From positions 1-64,000 of IMG/VR virus record IMGVR_UViG_3300010938_000951: a DNA stretch of 64,000 nucleotides. One strand, written 5' to 3'. The translations under genes were made by a program, and so were the position numbers. Below the pieces are notes generated by a model, which saw nothing but the letters and a program-made list of their open reading frames with translations, had not been told where the DNA came from and did no database searches. This document shows positions 62,569 to 64,000 of the stretch, piece after piece; positions within the stretch are counted from its first letter, which is position 1; each line of letters begins with the position of its first letter.

Positions 62569-62891
62569 TGTTTGTTCACTATAAAGGCAAGGTAGTCAAC
62601 GCAGACTCTATTGAGTGGATAGACTACTCCAATTTTGCCAAATTGGGATACATTAGGGTCTATTGTGAAGGCCAAGTGGGCCAAGTTGTAGAAGGTCCTG
62701 AAGCTTTCAATATACTAATGCGGCTGTGCCCAGAAGCATTAGAGGGCGAAAATGTCAAATATAAACGCGGGGCTTGGGCTGTTCATAATTTAATTGGGCA
62801 CCCCTTGATGCAGATTTTATCATGGTTAGGTTTCACGAGGTTGGGGTTAAAAATTCATGATGCAACCGTCCCCAATCCTATTACTAAGTAG
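62568..62891 (+). CDS. hypothetical protein
   Basis: WAVHNLIGHPL motif. Confidence 0.6.
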   Translation: MFVHYKGKVVNADSIEWIDYSNFAKLGYIRVYCEGQVGQVVEGPEAFNILMRLCPEALEGENVKYKRGAWAVHNLIGHPLMQILSWLGFTRLGLKIHDATVPNPITK

Positions 62892-62904
62892 ATAAGTAAA
62901 GTAA

Positions 62905-63444
62905 ATGGGAACTAAACTAGAGATTGAACGTAAATTCTTGGTCAAATTTCCGACAGACTGGTCAGCACTCGCTGAGCTTTTTGACGGTATAGTAGATGTT
63001 AAACGCATCTCGCAAACATATTTAAAGCCGGAGCCAGGGGAGCAAGCTGGTCGTGTTAGGAAAACGGTGGAGGGATTAACTGGTGAAACTGAAACTGTAT
63101 ACCACCACAATCAAAAGAAACCAACGGGCGATACTGGAGTGCATGAGGAAACCGAATCTGAAATTAGTGAGAAGGAGTATAACAGCGCACTCAAGAGAGC
63201 AAACCCTGATAAATGCGCTGTTGAAAAAACCAGATTCGTCTTCAAATGGCACGATCAAATTTTTGAGCTTGACTTATTCAAAGGGCATCTCAAGGGGCTG
63301 GCTATATTGGAGATTGAGCTAAACGATAAAGATGATACCGTTGAATTACCTCCCTTCTTAAAAGTTATTAAAGAAGTAACTAAGGATAAAAAATATACAA
63401 ATTTTAGTTTAGCCGATAAAAAACTAAAAGAAAGATGCAAGTGA
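62905..63444 (+). CDS. CYTH domain protein
   Basis: EIERKFLV, QTYL, RVRK, KTR, ELDLF, LEIEL, EVT. Confidence 0.9.
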   Translation: MGTKLEIERKFLVKFPTDWSALAELFDGIVDVKRISQTYLKPEPGEQAGRVRKTVEGLTGETETVYHHNQKKPTGDTGVHEETESEISEKEYNSALKRANPDKCAVEKTRFVFKWHDQIFELDLFKGHLKGLAILEIELNDKDDTVELPPFLKVIKEVTKDKKYTNFSLADKKLKERCK

Positions 63445-63447
63445 CAC

Positions 63448-63672
63448 ATGGATAAACTAAAAGATATCTCGGCAAAAATCACCGAAGCTTTGGACAAAAT
63501 TCTCCCAGACGAAATGCGTTGTGCATTTGTTTTAATTGATTTAAAGGAGAAAGAAGTTTCAACTGTATCTAATATGTCTGATGAGAGCACCATTAGTCTT
63601 TTAGAGCAAGCAGCCGCCGCCATGAAAAATCCAGAAGAAACAGATAATTCAGACGAATTCAAAATTAATTAA
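63448..63672 (+). CDS. hypothetical protein
   Basis: short ORF. Confidence 0.55.
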   Translation: MDKLKDISAKITEALDKILPDEMRCAFVLIDLKEKEVSTVSNMSDESTISLLEQAAAAMKNPEETDNSDEFKIN

Positions 63673-63712
63673 ACATACGAATAATCGGGTATATATGATA
63701 CGCCGATATTAA

Positions 63713-63788
63713 GTCGCAGTACCCAATCGGATAAGGGAGCTGTCTGCAAAACAGCCATTAGCAAGTTCGACTCTTGCCTGCGACTCCA
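63713..63788 (+). tRNA. tRNA-Cys(GCA)
   Basis: loop CTGCAAA, U73-CCA. Confidence 0.9.
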
Positions 63789-63798
63789 CACCTAATAC

Positions 63799-63888
63799 GG
63801 AAGGGTGCGTGAGTGGCTGAAACGGCTACCCTGGAAAGGTAGTGATCTCGCAAGGGGTCCGAGGGTTCGAATCCCTCCTCTTCCGCCA
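63799..63888 (+). tRNA. tRNA-Ser(GGA)
   Basis: loop CTGGAAA, long variable arm, GCCA. Confidence 0.93.
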
Positions 63889-63898
63889 AATATAATAT

Positions 63899-63988
63899 GG
63901 AAACTTGGCCGAGCGGTTTAAGGCGCTAGTCTTGAAAACTAGAGATCCTGAAAGGGGTCCGGGGGTTCGAATCCCTCAGTTTCCGCCA
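63899..63988 (+). tRNA. tRNA-Ser(TGA)
   Basis: loop CTTGAAA, long variable arm, GCCA. Confidence 0.95.
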
Positions 63989-64000
63989 AAGGGTAATAAT

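Noticed and set aside
1-64000. Stop-codon reassignment
   Set aside because: Recognisable genes are full length in the standard code, and TAA, TGA and TAG all end genes with tight packing.

Overview
AT-rich, gene-dense segment that is almost entirely + strand, most consistent with a jumbo/huge phage genome. A myxobacterial-style Cys-rich lipoprotein and an OmpA protein hint at a Gram-negative, possibly Myxococcota, host. No rRNA, CRISPR array or core structural genes were seen. The first 41 kb carries accessory genes: M50 protease, LysRS, aminotransferase, AAA+ ATPase, TrmH, NUDIX enzymes, LemA/TPM, CinA-NMNAT-like, kinase, 5'-3' exonuclease, C5 methyltransferase, Ro60/TROVE, SF2 helicase-like, PARG, CHAP-like and CoaD. 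From 41.2 kb there is a large RNA-gene region. The window holds about 30 tRNAs and several abnormal tRNA-like RNAs, most of them in this region, which also holds a complete RNase P RNA and several unexplained structured RNAs. The main observation is a phage Ro60 gene plus a family of nine Y-RNA-like elements placed among the tRNAs. They share one terminal scaffold (5' ...RAATG...GGATTACAT / ...TTGTYG 3') but carry different cargo: none, a lone anticodon stem-loop, or a whole circularly permuted tRNA that keeps its anticodon loop. An RNA ligase, HAD and 2H phosphoesterases and RNase P RNA are also encoded, suggesting a Ro60-scaffolded tRNA decoy, storage or repair system (inference). All structures were read by eye and no searches were run.
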